This document shows positions 43,490-53,920 of a stretch of DNA of 64,000 nt, one piece after another. The notes under the pieces are model-generated. The model made no database searches and was not told the origin of the DNA. It saw nothing but the letters and a program-made list of their open reading frames with translations. Where the stretch lies: positions 316,801 through 380,800 of the forward strand of contig NW_013657667.1 of the NCBI RefSeq assembly GCF_000142905.1. The letters are read 5' to 3'. Made by a program: the position numbers and the translations under genes. The stretch is from Thecamonas trahens ATCC 50062. Taxonomy: Eukaryota > Protista > Apusomonadida. Numbering within the stretch: the first letter of the stretch is position 1; each line of letters starts with the position of its first letter.

Positions 43490-44560
43490 CCCGTCTGCGG
43501 CGCGCTCCCACGGCTTGCGCGGTGCCGGTCGCTGGCGTTGGGCTGGCGCAGCCGCTGTGCCGGCTGGAAGGTCAGCCAGTGACGACGCCAGTGGCGCGTC
43601 GTCGATGCCAGACACGTCGACATCGTCAGGTGTCTGGTCAGCCGCCACCATTTGGACCAGCGCTGCGAGTTTGCTGGAACACGACGGCTCGCTGCCCGGA
43701 CCCGAGGCCATGCGCTCGCCGTAGGCCGCCGCCCACGAGCCGGTCACCGACGGGCATGTGTTAAGGGCGCCAAACTTAAACCGGCTGCAGAAAATCGGCT
43801 GCCACACTTGGTTGCTCTGGACAAGAGCTGCAAAGCGCGGAGAAACGTGGGCAAGCGCCAGTGCAGCGTCGGCACTCGGTGCTGCATACGCCAGGATCCG
43901 CACCATGACCTCGTCCGGAATGGGGAGCCCCCGAAGCGCAGGTTCCGGCAGCGTTGCTGCCCACGCCGTGAGCTGCGCTAGAAAGCCGGCGTTGGGCGAG
44001 GCCATCGGCCCGCGGACTAGGCGCAGATGAGCGAGGGCGGCATCGAGGCTCAGTCCGTGGCGAGCCATGAGATACGCCATGCAAAACGCAACCGAGCGCG
44101 ACGCGCCAGCCCTGCAGTGGACCAATACCTTGCCACGAGTCCCATCGGGGAGAACCAGCGCACCAGCAGCGTCGATAAAGGCCAGCGCCCGCGGGATGGC
44201 GGCCGCCAGAGGCGCGTCGGCCGTGTCGTCCAGATCAACGATCTCGACCACAAAGGCGCCGTCCGCCCGGGCGTACGGCGTGTTTGACACATCCAGCACA
44301 TGGGTCACTCCATTGGCCAGCAACCGCGGCACGTCCACTGCCGTCTCGATGGAGCCCACCACAACGTGGCCGGCCACCGGATGCAGACGGGCCGAGCGGA
44401 CTGCGGTCCGGCACGGCACGGTGCAACCGCAGAGGCTCATGTCCGGGAAGCGGTAGCAGACCGGAGGGCCGCCCCGGGCAGCCCACTCTGCCGCCGTCGC
44501 CGCCCGCGCTCTCAGCAGCGCCGCCACGTCGATGGGTAGGTGGGTAGGAACAGCAGTCAT
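43484..44560 (-). CDS. Atypical dual-specificity phosphatase fused to a C-terminal F-box
   Basis: GVTHVLDVS, DLDD, VLVHCRAGASRS, AYLM, PNAGFLAQL; then IPDEVMVRILAY...LAHVSPRFAALVQSNQVWQ. Confidence 0.85.
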   Translation of the reverse strand: MTAVPTHLPIDVAALLRARAATAAEWAARGGPPVCYRFPDMSLCGCTVPCRTAVRSARLHPVAGHVVVGSIETAVDVPRLLANGVTHVLDVSNTPYARADGAFVVEIVDLDDTADAPLAAAIPRALAFIDAAGALVLPDGTRGKVLVHCRAGASRSVAFCMAYLMARHGLSLDAALAHLRLVRGPMASPNAGFLAQLTAWAATLPEPALRGLPIPDEVMVRILAYAAPSADAALALAHVSPRFAALVQSNQVWQPIFCSRFKFGALNTCPSVTGSWAAAYGERMASGPGSEPSCSSKLAALVQMVAADQTPDDVDVSGIDDAPLASSLADLPAGTAAAPAQRQRPAPRKPWERAADGS

Positions 44561-44656
44561 GGCGGGAGGAGTGGGGGACGGTGCTGACAGCCCACTAGCG
44601 AACCAGCTGACAGCCCCTCACCACGCTCAACTGAGATCATCACCCCCTCCTACAGA

Positions 44657-44776
44657 CCTAGCCATGAGGACGATGGTCCTAGCCATGAGGACGATGGTCC
44701 TAGCCATGTAGGCGATGGCCCTAGTCCTTAAGACGATGGCCCTAGTCATGGCGATGGCCCTAGTCATGACGATGGC
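44657..44776. repeat. Degenerate 21/18-bp minisatellite x6 (CCTAGCCATGAGGACGATGGT)
   Basis: Read directly; units drift from 21 to 18 bp. Confidence 0.9.
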
Positions 44777-45047
44777 CGCCCACCCACTCTTCATGGCAGT
44801 CAGCAATGATCGTCACCGTCTGCCATCAATGTCAGCAGAGTCATCATTGCCGGCAGCAAGAAGAGCAAGTGCCACCATCGGAAAGTTCGATTGAAGTCGG
44901 CCAATGGAAGCGATGGGCGGTGACAAAACGGGAGCGACAAATGGCCCACAATGAACGAGGCCATAGGTAAACTACAGCTGCATCCCCCCCCCCTCCCCCT
45001 CCCCCTCCCTCCTCCAAGGCCAACATTACCGTTACCTGCAGAGAACA

Positions 45048-46301
45048 ATGGCGAGCGGACGGAGTTTTTGTTTGGAGAACATTGCAAGTCTAGAGGCAGA
45101 GCAAGGGCCAGAGCTGCCGCAAATCCGCCGGGCAGCGGCAGAGGTGGCCGCCACACGTCTGGAGGGTGTGAGTAAGAAGGAGGCCATGGAGAGAGTCATG
45201 TCGGTCATGTCGTACAACGTGTTGGCGCAGGTGCACATCGGAAAGCGGTATGCTGCGCTTGGCGAGGAGGTCACATCATGGGACGTCCGCCGGCCCAAGA
45301 TCCTTGACGAGATCTTGCGCCTCGGCCCGGACGTGGCTGCCTGTCAGGAGATGCCCATCCCCAAGTTCCAGGCTGATCTCGCCAGCCCCCTTGCGGCTGC
45401 AGGCTACACCGCCATTCTGCAGAACGACAAGAACAGAGCCGAGACCCATGAGACCGCCAACGCCATCATCTTCCGCTCTGATTTGTTCGAGCTGGCGTAC
45501 GAGAACCATCGCTCGCGGACTCTGGTCGTTGCCCTGCTTCCGCGATTTGGGCCTGCCGCAGTCATTCCAGGCATGGATCACATTGCGGCAGCACAAGATG
45601 AGGCTGAGGCACGCGTCCGCACCGCTGCTGCCACAAAAGTCGCCGATGCTGGCGCCAATGCGCCACCGCCGGACAAAAGGGCGCTCAAGAAGCTGGCCAA
45701 GGAAGTCAAGACGGCACGGAACAAGGCAGCAAGGGCAATGCGCAGTGCCATGGCACCACATCTTGTCTGGCTTGTCTGCTGCCATCTGCAAGGTCACCCG
45801 GCTGAGGTCAACACCCGCCTCTCGCAGGTCCGATCGTCGCTGCACAAGGGCGTGCTTGCGGGCGCACGGACCTTTGATGCCGCGGCCACGCTCGCCAACC
45901 TGCGCCTGGTGTACTGCGGGGACTTTAACGACGAGGCCGACTCGCTGGTGTACAAGCTGATGGTGACTGGATCCGTCGACGCCGGCGAGGTCCAAACCTT
46001 TGACGGCTTTGACGACGTGGTGGTCGGCAAGGCCGCCACCCACGATGCCTCGCTCGTCTCAAGCTACGCCCACTGCACGGGCACCGAGCCAACGGTCACG
46101 TTCAAGGCGCCCAACATGAGGACAAGCACCATCGACTTTGTCTTTGCTGCTCTCCCGCATCTGCGGCCACTCATGGTCTTTGATCGGCTCTCAACCCCCG
46201 AGGCCATCGCCGACGTCATCCGCACCTCGCTGCCGAGCGCCGAGCACCCGTCAGACCATCTTCCGGTCTGCGCAGTGATCGAGCTTCTGGCAAGAGTATG
46301 A
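45048..46301 (+). CDS. EEP-superfamily phosphatase/nuclease, CCR4/Angel/nocturnin-like
   Basis: VMSYNVLAQ, PDVAACQEM, CCHL, CGDFN, SSY, IDFVF, PSDHLPV. Confidence 0.88.
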   Translation: MASGRSFCLENIASLEAEQGPELPQIRRAAAEVAATRLEGVSKKEAMERVMSVMSYNVLAQVHIGKRYAALGEEVTSWDVRRPKILDEILRLGPDVAACQEMPIPKFQADLASPLAAAGYTAILQNDKNRAETHETANAIIFRSDLFELAYENHRSRTLVVALLPRFGPAAVIPGMDHIAAAQDEAEARVRTAAATKVADAGANAPPPDKRALKKLAKEVKTARNKAARAMRSAMAPHLVWLVCCHLQGHPAEVNTRLSQVRSSLHKGVLAGARTFDAAATLANLRLVYCGDFNDEADSLVYKLMVTGSVDAGEVQTFDGFDDVVVGKAATHDASLVSSYAHCTGTEPTVTFKAPNMRTSTIDFVFAALPHLRPLMVFDRLSTPEAIADVIRTSLPSAEHPSDHLPVCAVIELLARV

Positions 46302-46326
46302 TAAACCACTTCCAACAGTCAGTCGC

Positions 46327-47385
46327 TCACGGCGAGACCATCAGTGTGCTCGAGTTGGTCCGCGACAGTCGCGGCACGCCCTGCTCGGCTGCAGCCGACA
46401 GCTCGGCGTTGCTGGTGGCGCTCCGCAGCAAGAGGCCTGACGACAGCGAGCGCCGCATCGGCTCGAGCGCGACAGGCACACGCCGGCGGATTGATGTCTC
46501 GCACAGAAGCGAGGCCAATGCCCGGCACGGCTCCAGCGGCTCAACATCCATGACCAGCGCGGCACGGAGCGAATCGGGGCTCATCTCGCCGGGCGCAAGA
46601 GGCGGAGGGATGTACGACGGGTTAGTCTCCCGCTCGCGGCGCAGCGCCTCCTCCTTGGCCTCCAGCTCCTTGGCAAGAACCTCAATCTCGGCCGATCGCG
46701 CCGCTGCTGCCGCCCAGTTTTCCTGCAGCGCGTGCATGAGATTGTGAAGCGAGGGCTCGACAGATGGCACAAGCGACGCGTCCATGTAGTCGACCATGGC
46801 CATACGCCGCTTCGCCGGGAGCTCCACTGGCTGCGGCTGAGGTGAGACCGCCAGCAACAGCCGCAGTGCGTGTCCTCGCCACGCAGCCTGAATCATCACC
46901 GCCGCCTCGTGCTCTCTCTTGGCCAGGCGCAGCTGCTGGACCTTGCGGACAGCAGCGTATGCCCGCCATGTGGTCTGCACCACCTGGGCCGCAGCCATCT
47001 TGCGCTTGGTCAGTTGCAGCCGGCCTCTCTCACGCCAGGCCCGAAAGCCACGCCACACTGCCTGGATCCGAGTCGCTGCCGAAATCTGGACCTCGATCGG
47101 CGCTGGATCCCTGCTGGTCGAGTGATGGTGATGGCGGCGCCGCTGATGGCGATGATGGCCATCACGAGCGCTGTCACGCGCGCTCTCGCCGCCGCCTCCA
47201 GCATCGCCACCTCCTTCAGCGCCACCTCCTCCACTCGTCATCCACTCGCCCGTCTCAGCTCCAGATCCACTAACCCCGCTGGCTAGCCCAGCCCCATCGC
47301 CGCCACTCCCTGTCCCGCGTCCGTGTCCGCTGCGCCTCCGCGACTTGCTCGACCCAGGGCGTTTGCTCCGCGACTTGCGCGGCAT
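46327..47385 (-). CDS. IQ calmodulin-binding motif protein (3 IQ) with a Dpy-30-like C-terminus
   Basis: IQAVWRGFRAWR, VQTTWRAYAAVR, IQAAWRGHALR; DYMDASLVPSVEPSL...PLEPCRALASLL. Confidence 0.72.
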   Translation of the reverse strand: MPRKSRSKRPGSSKSRRRSGHGRGTGSGGDGAGLASGVSGSGAETGEWMTSGGGGAEGGGDAGGGGESARDSARDGHHRHQRRRHHHHSTSRDPAPIEVQISAATRIQAVWRGFRAWRERGRLQLTKRKMAAAQVVQTTWRAYAAVRKVQQLRLAKREHEAAVMIQAAWRGHALRLLLAVSPQPQPVELPAKRRMAMVDYMDASLVPSVEPSLHNLMHALQENWAAAAARSAEIEVLAKELEAKEEALRRERETNPSYIPPPLAPGEMSPDSLRAALVMDVEPLEPCRALASLLCETSIRRRVPVALEPMRRSLSSGLLLRSATSNAELSAAAEQGVPRLSRTNSSTLMVSP

Positions 47386-47731
47386 CTTCGACTGACGCCG
47401 CTCCTTTCCACTCGTTGTCTCAACAACTCAGCCTTGTCCTTCCTGCTGTGTGTGCGGGGGGGCTGTGTGTGCGAGAAAGTGCCGACGTAAGGCAGAGTGA
47501 AGTGAAGGGTTGTGGTGGTTGGTGGTTAGCGGTTGGCGGTTGGTGGTGTGATCAACTCGTCGAGTGGCCGTGACCGAGCGACCGGCGGCCCACAGCCACA
47601 GGAAAAGGTCTTGGTTTGATCACGGTCACGATCACGATCACTGCCACCCACCACACCCCACCCTCCTTCCCCACCTACGCACACACACACACTCTCTCTC
47701 TCTCTCTTGCCTTACGCATCCCCATACTGCC

Positions 47732-50700
47732 ATGTTCAACGAGGTGGAGGTGCTGGCGGCATGCCTCCTCACTCCACTCCTGCTGCCTGTCCTCATTGCC
47801 GGCACAAGGACGTACCTGCACTTTGCACCCGCCACGGGACGGACGGTCCGTGGACGGCTGGTGGCGGTCCGGGACTACATCAACTACAACTTCTACACCA
47901 TTGTGGAGGGCAACTGGCAGCTGTTTCAGGTGGTCATCTCGTTTGTCTCGGCCGGATTGTATGTGGCCGACTCGTACACCCATCGGACGACCAAGTGGAG
48001 CCCAACCCACAGCCTCGACGGCGTCCTCACCGTCTTCTTCCTCATCGACTACCTCTGGGCCTTCTTCATGGCGCGCAACAAGCTCACCCACTTCTTCTCC
48101 TTCTTTTCGCTCATCGACATCTACTCGATCGTGCCGTATCTCGTCCTCACCGCCTTGACAGACCTCAACTCCAGATCGCTCACGCTCCGCCTCATGAACG
48201 GCTTCCGTATCCTCCGCGTTCTCCGCTCGCACCGCCTCCTCGAGTTTACCAAGACGGAGCTCCAGCGCCAGCTCCTTGTTGTCGTCCTCACCATCGTCGA
48301 CTTTTTCTTCTGCTTTGCTTGCCTCATCCAGCTCGTCGAGGACTCGGCCGACTTCCCCATGACCTTTGATGACGCCCTCTGGTTCGTGGTCATCACTTCA
48401 TCCACCGTCGGCTATGGCGACATTGTGCCGCAAACCCAGCTCGGCCGCTGGCTCGTCATCATCATCATTTTCATCGGCATCGTCCTCATTCCTCTCCAGA
48501 CCTCCAAGCTCATCTCACTTCAGCAGGCGAGGCCCAAGTACGGCGGCTCGCTCAAGACCTCTTCGCGCGACATCCACGTCGTCGTCATTGTCGGCTCGGT
48601 CGCCACTATGGACTCGGCCGTCACCTTCCTCCGCGAGTTCTACCATCGCGACAATGAGCTGCAGGACCACAAGGTTGTCATCCTCTCGTCCTCGCCCGAG
48701 CCATCGACAGCCCTTGCTGCCCTCCTCTCGGTCCCGTTCTACGAGGCCCACGTCACGTATCTCCACGGCTCGCCACTCAACGCCTCTGATCTCGTTCGCG
48801 CCAAGGCTGCCACCGCCACCGCCATCTTTCTCACGGTCGACCAGCTCGCTGCTGCTGCCAACCGCGAGGATTCGTCGGTCATTCTCAAGGCCATCGCCCT
48901 CTCCGAGTACGTTCCGCACGTCCGCGTCTACACCCAGACCCTCCACCGTCGCAACATCGGCCACATGGCCGCCGCAGGCGCAGACGTCATCCTTTGCGTC
49001 GACGAAATCAAGATGGGCTTGCTCGCCCAGTCGTGCCTCGCGCCCGGTCTTTGCACGCTCATCACCAACCTCGTCCGCTCGTACTCGGACGTCGGCGGAA
49101 CCGCAGGTTGGACCCACGAGTACACCTACGGTATCTCTCAGGAAGTTTACGTTGAAGTCGCAGCACCCCGTCTTAGCGGACTCACTTTTGCCGCCGCCGC
49201 CGCCGCAATCTACGCTGAGCTCTCAGCCATCACCTTTGCCGTTTTTGTCTACGTTCGTGGCCAGCCTCAAGTCTGGCTCAATCCCGGCCACGACTATGTC
49301 ATTGCCGCCGGCGATCGCCTCTTTATCATCGCCCAGTCGAAGCGAAACCTTGCATCGTCGTTCTTTGTCTCGTCCGCCGTCCTCCGCGAGCAGGCCATGG
49401 CCGCCCGCGCCGCTGAGGCCGACGCGTCGGCTCGCAGCCGCGCCGGAAAGTCTGACGTCGCCTCGGCCCGTGCGGCCACCCGCGCTGCTGCCGCTACTCA
49501 CAAGCCCATCCCACCCGGTGCGGACCGGAGGTCTTCGGTCTTTGTCGGACCGTCGGCCGCCCGCGTCCGCACCCTGTCGGCCACCGTCCCGTCGGCCACC
49601 TCGGTCGACATGGATACCGCTCTCGACACCGCGCCTAGCTCAGTCGGCGACCGCACGCCGCCGGTTTATGTGTCGACGCCAACGATGGCCGTGAAAGGCC
49701 TCCCACCAGGCCTCTCGATACCTCCGTCCGACTCGTCGTCCAACTCGTCGTTTGAGTCGACGGGAAAGAACGATGCCTCCGCCAACGCCTTTGGCGAAGA
49801 TGTCGAGTTCCACCGACACAACATTTACTCCTCGCGAGTCTCATCGATCAACATCCTTCCCAACTGGGCCATCGGCGACGAGTACCTCATCGACCCGTAT
49901 TCGCTTGAAGAGTCACTCTTTGCCCCGCGCCCGCGCAACGTCTGGGCCCACATCTACGACATTCTTCCCCCCGACCAGGCGCGCTCTGAGAGCGACGTGA
50001 CCAACACCCTCCCGCATCCGCGCATCTTCCGCAACCACATCATTGTTGCCGGCACTCACTCGGGCCTCGCCTCACTCATCCTCCCGCTCCGCTCAAAGCG
50101 GCTGGCACTTCATCCCACCATTGTCCTCCTCTCGCCCAAGCGGCCGACCAAGGAGCTCTGGTTTGTCCTCACCCGCTTCTCCAACGTCTTTTGGGTCAAG
50201 GGCTCGGCGGGAGTCTTTACTGACCTCTATCGTGTCAACGTCGGCGAGGCTGCCCGGCTCATCGTCCTCGCCAACTCAGAAAACCCGTCGTCGGACAAGC
50301 TTATGCTCGACGCCGATACCATTTTCTCGCTCCGCTCCATCCGCCACAAGTTTGAGCGCTCCAACGTCAAAATCCAATACATTGCCGAGCTCGCTCATGG
50401 TTCCAACTCGCGGTTCCTTGATCCGGTTGCCGAGGACGTGTTCGGCTCTGAGCCGGGTCTCTCGTCGTCGGCTGTGCATGTCGACCTCGTCGACAACGAC
50501 GATCCGGTGTATGGCTCCGCTGTCTCTGACTACACCTTTCTCTCGCAGTTTGCGTCAGGCTCGGTCTTTACTTCACCGGTCATCGACTCGCTCCTCTGCC
50601 AGGCCTTTACCAAGCCGTTCATCATCAGCATTGTCCGCCAGATGCTCGGCCTGGGCAAGGACGCGTGCCAGTGCGTCATTTCGTCACAGATCTTTCAGAT

Positions 50701-51665
50701 TAACCTCCGCCCCGAGTTTATTCATCTGACCTATGCTCAACTCGTCGAGTTCTACTCGACCACTCTTGCTGTTATTCCACTTGGTCTCTACCGGCTCGAG
50801 CCATCGACGGGCCACCGATATGTTTACACCAACCCTGAGGGCTCGGTCCGGCTCGTCTCCTCTGACAAGGTCTTTGTGCTCTCCCGTGGCGATGTCCATC
50901 ATAGCATCTTCTCGCCTGATGACGACGTCAGTGACGATAGCAGCCGCGACTCAGACGATCATAGCGAGTCGGACGACGCCGGTACTGCCGCTACATCTCG
51001 ACCACACACCCGAGCACAAAGCCCCGCTCGATTGTCAACCTCGTCAAGACCCCAACGCTGTGCGGCGTCGGACCTCTCTCCTGTCCAACAGCGTCTCCAT
51101 TCTCTCTGATCACCACGCGGGCGGCCCGCTGCCTCCCGAGCCCGAGCTCGAAGAGGCCATGGACTCATTCAACCGCCTTGGACAGGACTCGACCGAGCTT
51201 ATAGGCTCCTCGGCCATCAAGGCGTTTGTGAGTGGCAAGCACGACAAGTCGTCGTCCGTCGACCCTGGCGGCCCCGCCCTCGAACGCCAGTCTTCGCTCT
51301 CCGGAGGCAATGTGTCTAACCGGCGGTTCTCCCGCTCCATGATCGCTGTCCCCTCTCACGAAGCTCTGCTCGAGTCGGCTGCCGAGAGCGAAAGCGCCGT
51401 CTCGATGAGCCGGTCGACAACACTCCCACGCGTAGTCTCGTCTTTCGCTGCGGCGACAGAACCATCATATTCGTCGTCATCAACAAGTCCCAACACCTCG
51501 TCTGCAGAGACAGCGGTGTTGTCCGGGCCAGACTCGGTGCCTGCTCCGCTGCCCGGCGAGTATACCTACGCCTCGTACTACTCGGAGCGGACCATGACCT
51601 CAACCGAACGTGACATCGAGCTTCTGATCTCGTCGTCATCGCTCTCGATCGACCGTGGCGAGTAG
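47732..51665 (+). CDS. BK/Slo-family K+ channel with two RCK domains; probable frameshift at 51050-51053 extends the stop from 51109 to 51665
   Basis: S4 GFRILRVLR, pore TSSTVGYGDI, PKYGGS, FLREFYH, EIKMGLLAQSCLAPGLCTLITNL, NHIIVAG, FASGSVF, PLGLYRL, YVYTNP. Confidence 0.93.
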
Positions 51666-52077
51666 CCAGACACAACTGCCCGTGACTCGCTGCACCAACT
51701 GCCGCAAGCAGTGCTGCAGAAGTAGGACGCTGTGAACGGCAGTCTCTAGCTTGTCATCGAGCTTGCAGGTGCCATACGCCGTAGAGTAGTCTGGCTCGCC
51801 TGGAAGCTCGTGGTCACGGTTACGATTGCCGACAGAAAGCTGTGCCCTTAACACGTTCACTATATTGTCTTTGGGGGGGAGCGATGATGCTCATGCTGAT
51901 ACTTGGCCTGAGTGTGCGGTCGCTGAGCTCTTTGCTTGCGCTGAACGGTGATCGCGGTGTCATATTTGCGCGATCACAGAAGAAGAGCGTCCAACTCTGT
52001 GGTGACCAAGAGAGAGCCACGAAGGGGAGCCACCATTGTCAACAGCGTAACGGTACACACGTCTCATTCTCTGTGGC

Positions 52078-53685
52078 ATGGCCAACGTACCCCGGGTTAC
52101 CATCTCGTCCTTTCCAATGCGGGACTCGCCGCAGCTGGCGTCTGGCGGAGGTGGGAGTAGCGAGGGTGGCGCGGCCAAGGCGGCGAAGAAGCGGCGGAAG
52201 GTCGTGCTGGAGCCCGGACACTCGCAGATGGATTGGATGCGGAGGACGACGTCGGGGGAGGACATGTCTGGAGCTGGTGGAGAGATGCGGCGGATCTCGA
52301 TGGCTGAGGTTGCGGACCATGCCGAGGAGGACGATGCGTGGATGGTTGTCTCGGGCACCGTCTACAACATCACAAAGTACATCGCTTACCATCCGGGCGG
52401 ACGCGACCAACTGCTGCGCGGTGCCGGGCGCGATGCTACGGATCTGTTCTTCTCGGTCCATCCGTGGGTCAACATCCAAATGATGCTCAAGTCATGCGTC
52501 CTCGGTATTGTGGCCAACGTGCCATACACGCCCAAGCCCAAGGCCAAGGCTGCTGCCGAGCCAGCAGCAGCTGCTGGTGCATCGGATGATGACTATGCGG
52601 GGTGGCAGCTCTCACATATTAGGCCAGTCTCGCACGACACCTCGGTCTTTTGCTTCATTCCCCCGCCCGGCGAGTTTGATCCGCTTCCGCTCGGTGCACA
52701 TGTCAACACCCGTGCTACTATTGCCGGCAACGTGGTCGTCCGCCCGTACACCCCGATCAATGCGCCGACATCGGCGACTGGCTTGTCAGAAGGTGGTATC
52801 ACGCTCGAGCTCCTTGTTAAGCGCTACCCCGATGGCCCGATGTCAAGCTACATCCACGCGCTAGCCGAGGGGGAGACGCTCGACATCTCGCGGCCACACA
52901 TGCCGTCGGACTTTGCGTGGAAGCCACGGCGGTGGAGTGCAGTCACGCTGTTTGCTGCCGGGACCGGCATCACGCCTATCATCCGGGTCCTGCGCGAGGC
53001 GCTGCTCACCGACGGCCTCGACTCGATCCATCTTGTGTTTGCTAACTCGACAGCCGCCGACGTGCTCATGGCCGACGACATTCTGGCGTTGCAGGCTGAG
53101 CACGGGTTTGCACTTGATTTTGTGCTCTCCACGCCTCCAGCAAGTCCTGCGGCGCTTGCTGCCGAGTCATACGAGGCCGGTACGGGCAAGGGCGCGATGG
53201 CTGGCCGCCTCAACGCCGAGGCGGTGGCGTCGCTGATGCGCTCGCCACCCGGCGATCATCATCATGTCTTTGTGTGCGGACCATCGTCGTTCAATGCCTC
53301 GATGTATTCGTACCTCATCGATGTGGTTGGACACGCACCAAATGCACTCACCCGGTTCGCGCCGACGGTCGACCTCGGCAGCGCGGCGCTGGGCGGTGGG
53401 GTGTCGACGCCGGGCTCGCCGCCGCCGCTTTACACCAAGGCCTCGTCAGACCTCCCTCGCTACTCTATGGATGAAGTGGCACAGCACGCCAGCGTTGATG
53501 ACGCTTGGCTAGTCATCGACGACTATGTCTATGACGTGACGCGGTTCATCGCCTCGCACCCTGGCGGCGATGTGATCATGCAGGGTGCCGGGCGCGACTC
53601 GACCACTCTCTTCCTCAACTCGTTCCACTCGCCGTATGCGCGGCGACTCCTTGCCAAGTTCCTCATCGGCCGCGTTGCATACTAG
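52078..53685 (+). CDS. Cytochrome b5 reductase 4-like flavohemoprotein: b5, reductase, second b5
   Basis: KVVLEPGHSQMDW, YHPGG...HPWVN, RPYTP, AGTGITP, VCGP, then a second b5 (SHPGG...GRDST...FHSPYA). Confidence 0.88.
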   Translation: MANVPRVTISSFPMRDSPQLASGGGGSSEGGAAKAAKKRRKVVLEPGHSQMDWMRRTTSGEDMSGAGGEMRRISMAEVADHAEEDDAWMVVSGTVYNITKYIAYHPGGRDQLLRGAGRDATDLFFSVHPWVNIQMMLKSCVLGIVANVPYTPKPKAKAAAEPAAAAGASDDDYAGWQLSHIRPVSHDTSVFCFIPPPGEFDPLPLGAHVNTRATIAGNVVVRPYTPINAPTSATGLSEGGITLELLVKRYPDGPMSSYIHALAEGETLDISRPHMPSDFAWKPRRWSAVTLFAAGTGITPIIRVLREALLTDGLDSIHLVFANSTAADVLMADDILALQAEHGFALDFVLSTPPASPAALAAESYEAGTGKGAMAGRLNAEAVASLMRSPPGDHHHVFVCGPSSFNASMYSYLIDVVGHAPNALTRFAPTVDLGSAALGGGVSTPGSPPPLYTKASSDLPRYSMDEVAQHASVDDAWLVIDDYVYDVTRFIASHPGGDVIMQGAGRDSTTLFLNSFHSPYARRLLAKFLIGRVAY

Positions 53686-53920
53686 CCAATGTCTCAAGAA
53701 AGCAAAGAGATGCTCACCTAGCTAGGTGCGGCATCGGGCATGCCGTGGTGATGGGAACTCCAGAGCCTTCCGAATTCGCCTCTATTCGAACACGAACAGC
53801 ATGCGGCACGTGGGACCACACAACGCCCTTGGTAGCCCCCTTGCACCCAGCCAACACTTAACTCCCTCCCCCCCCCCCCCTTCCCCCCCCCCCCCCCTCC
53901 CCCTTATCCCCCAGTCATCC

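Noticed and set aside
44657-44776. CRISPR-like array
   Set aside because: No unique spacers, no cas genes, eukaryotic context
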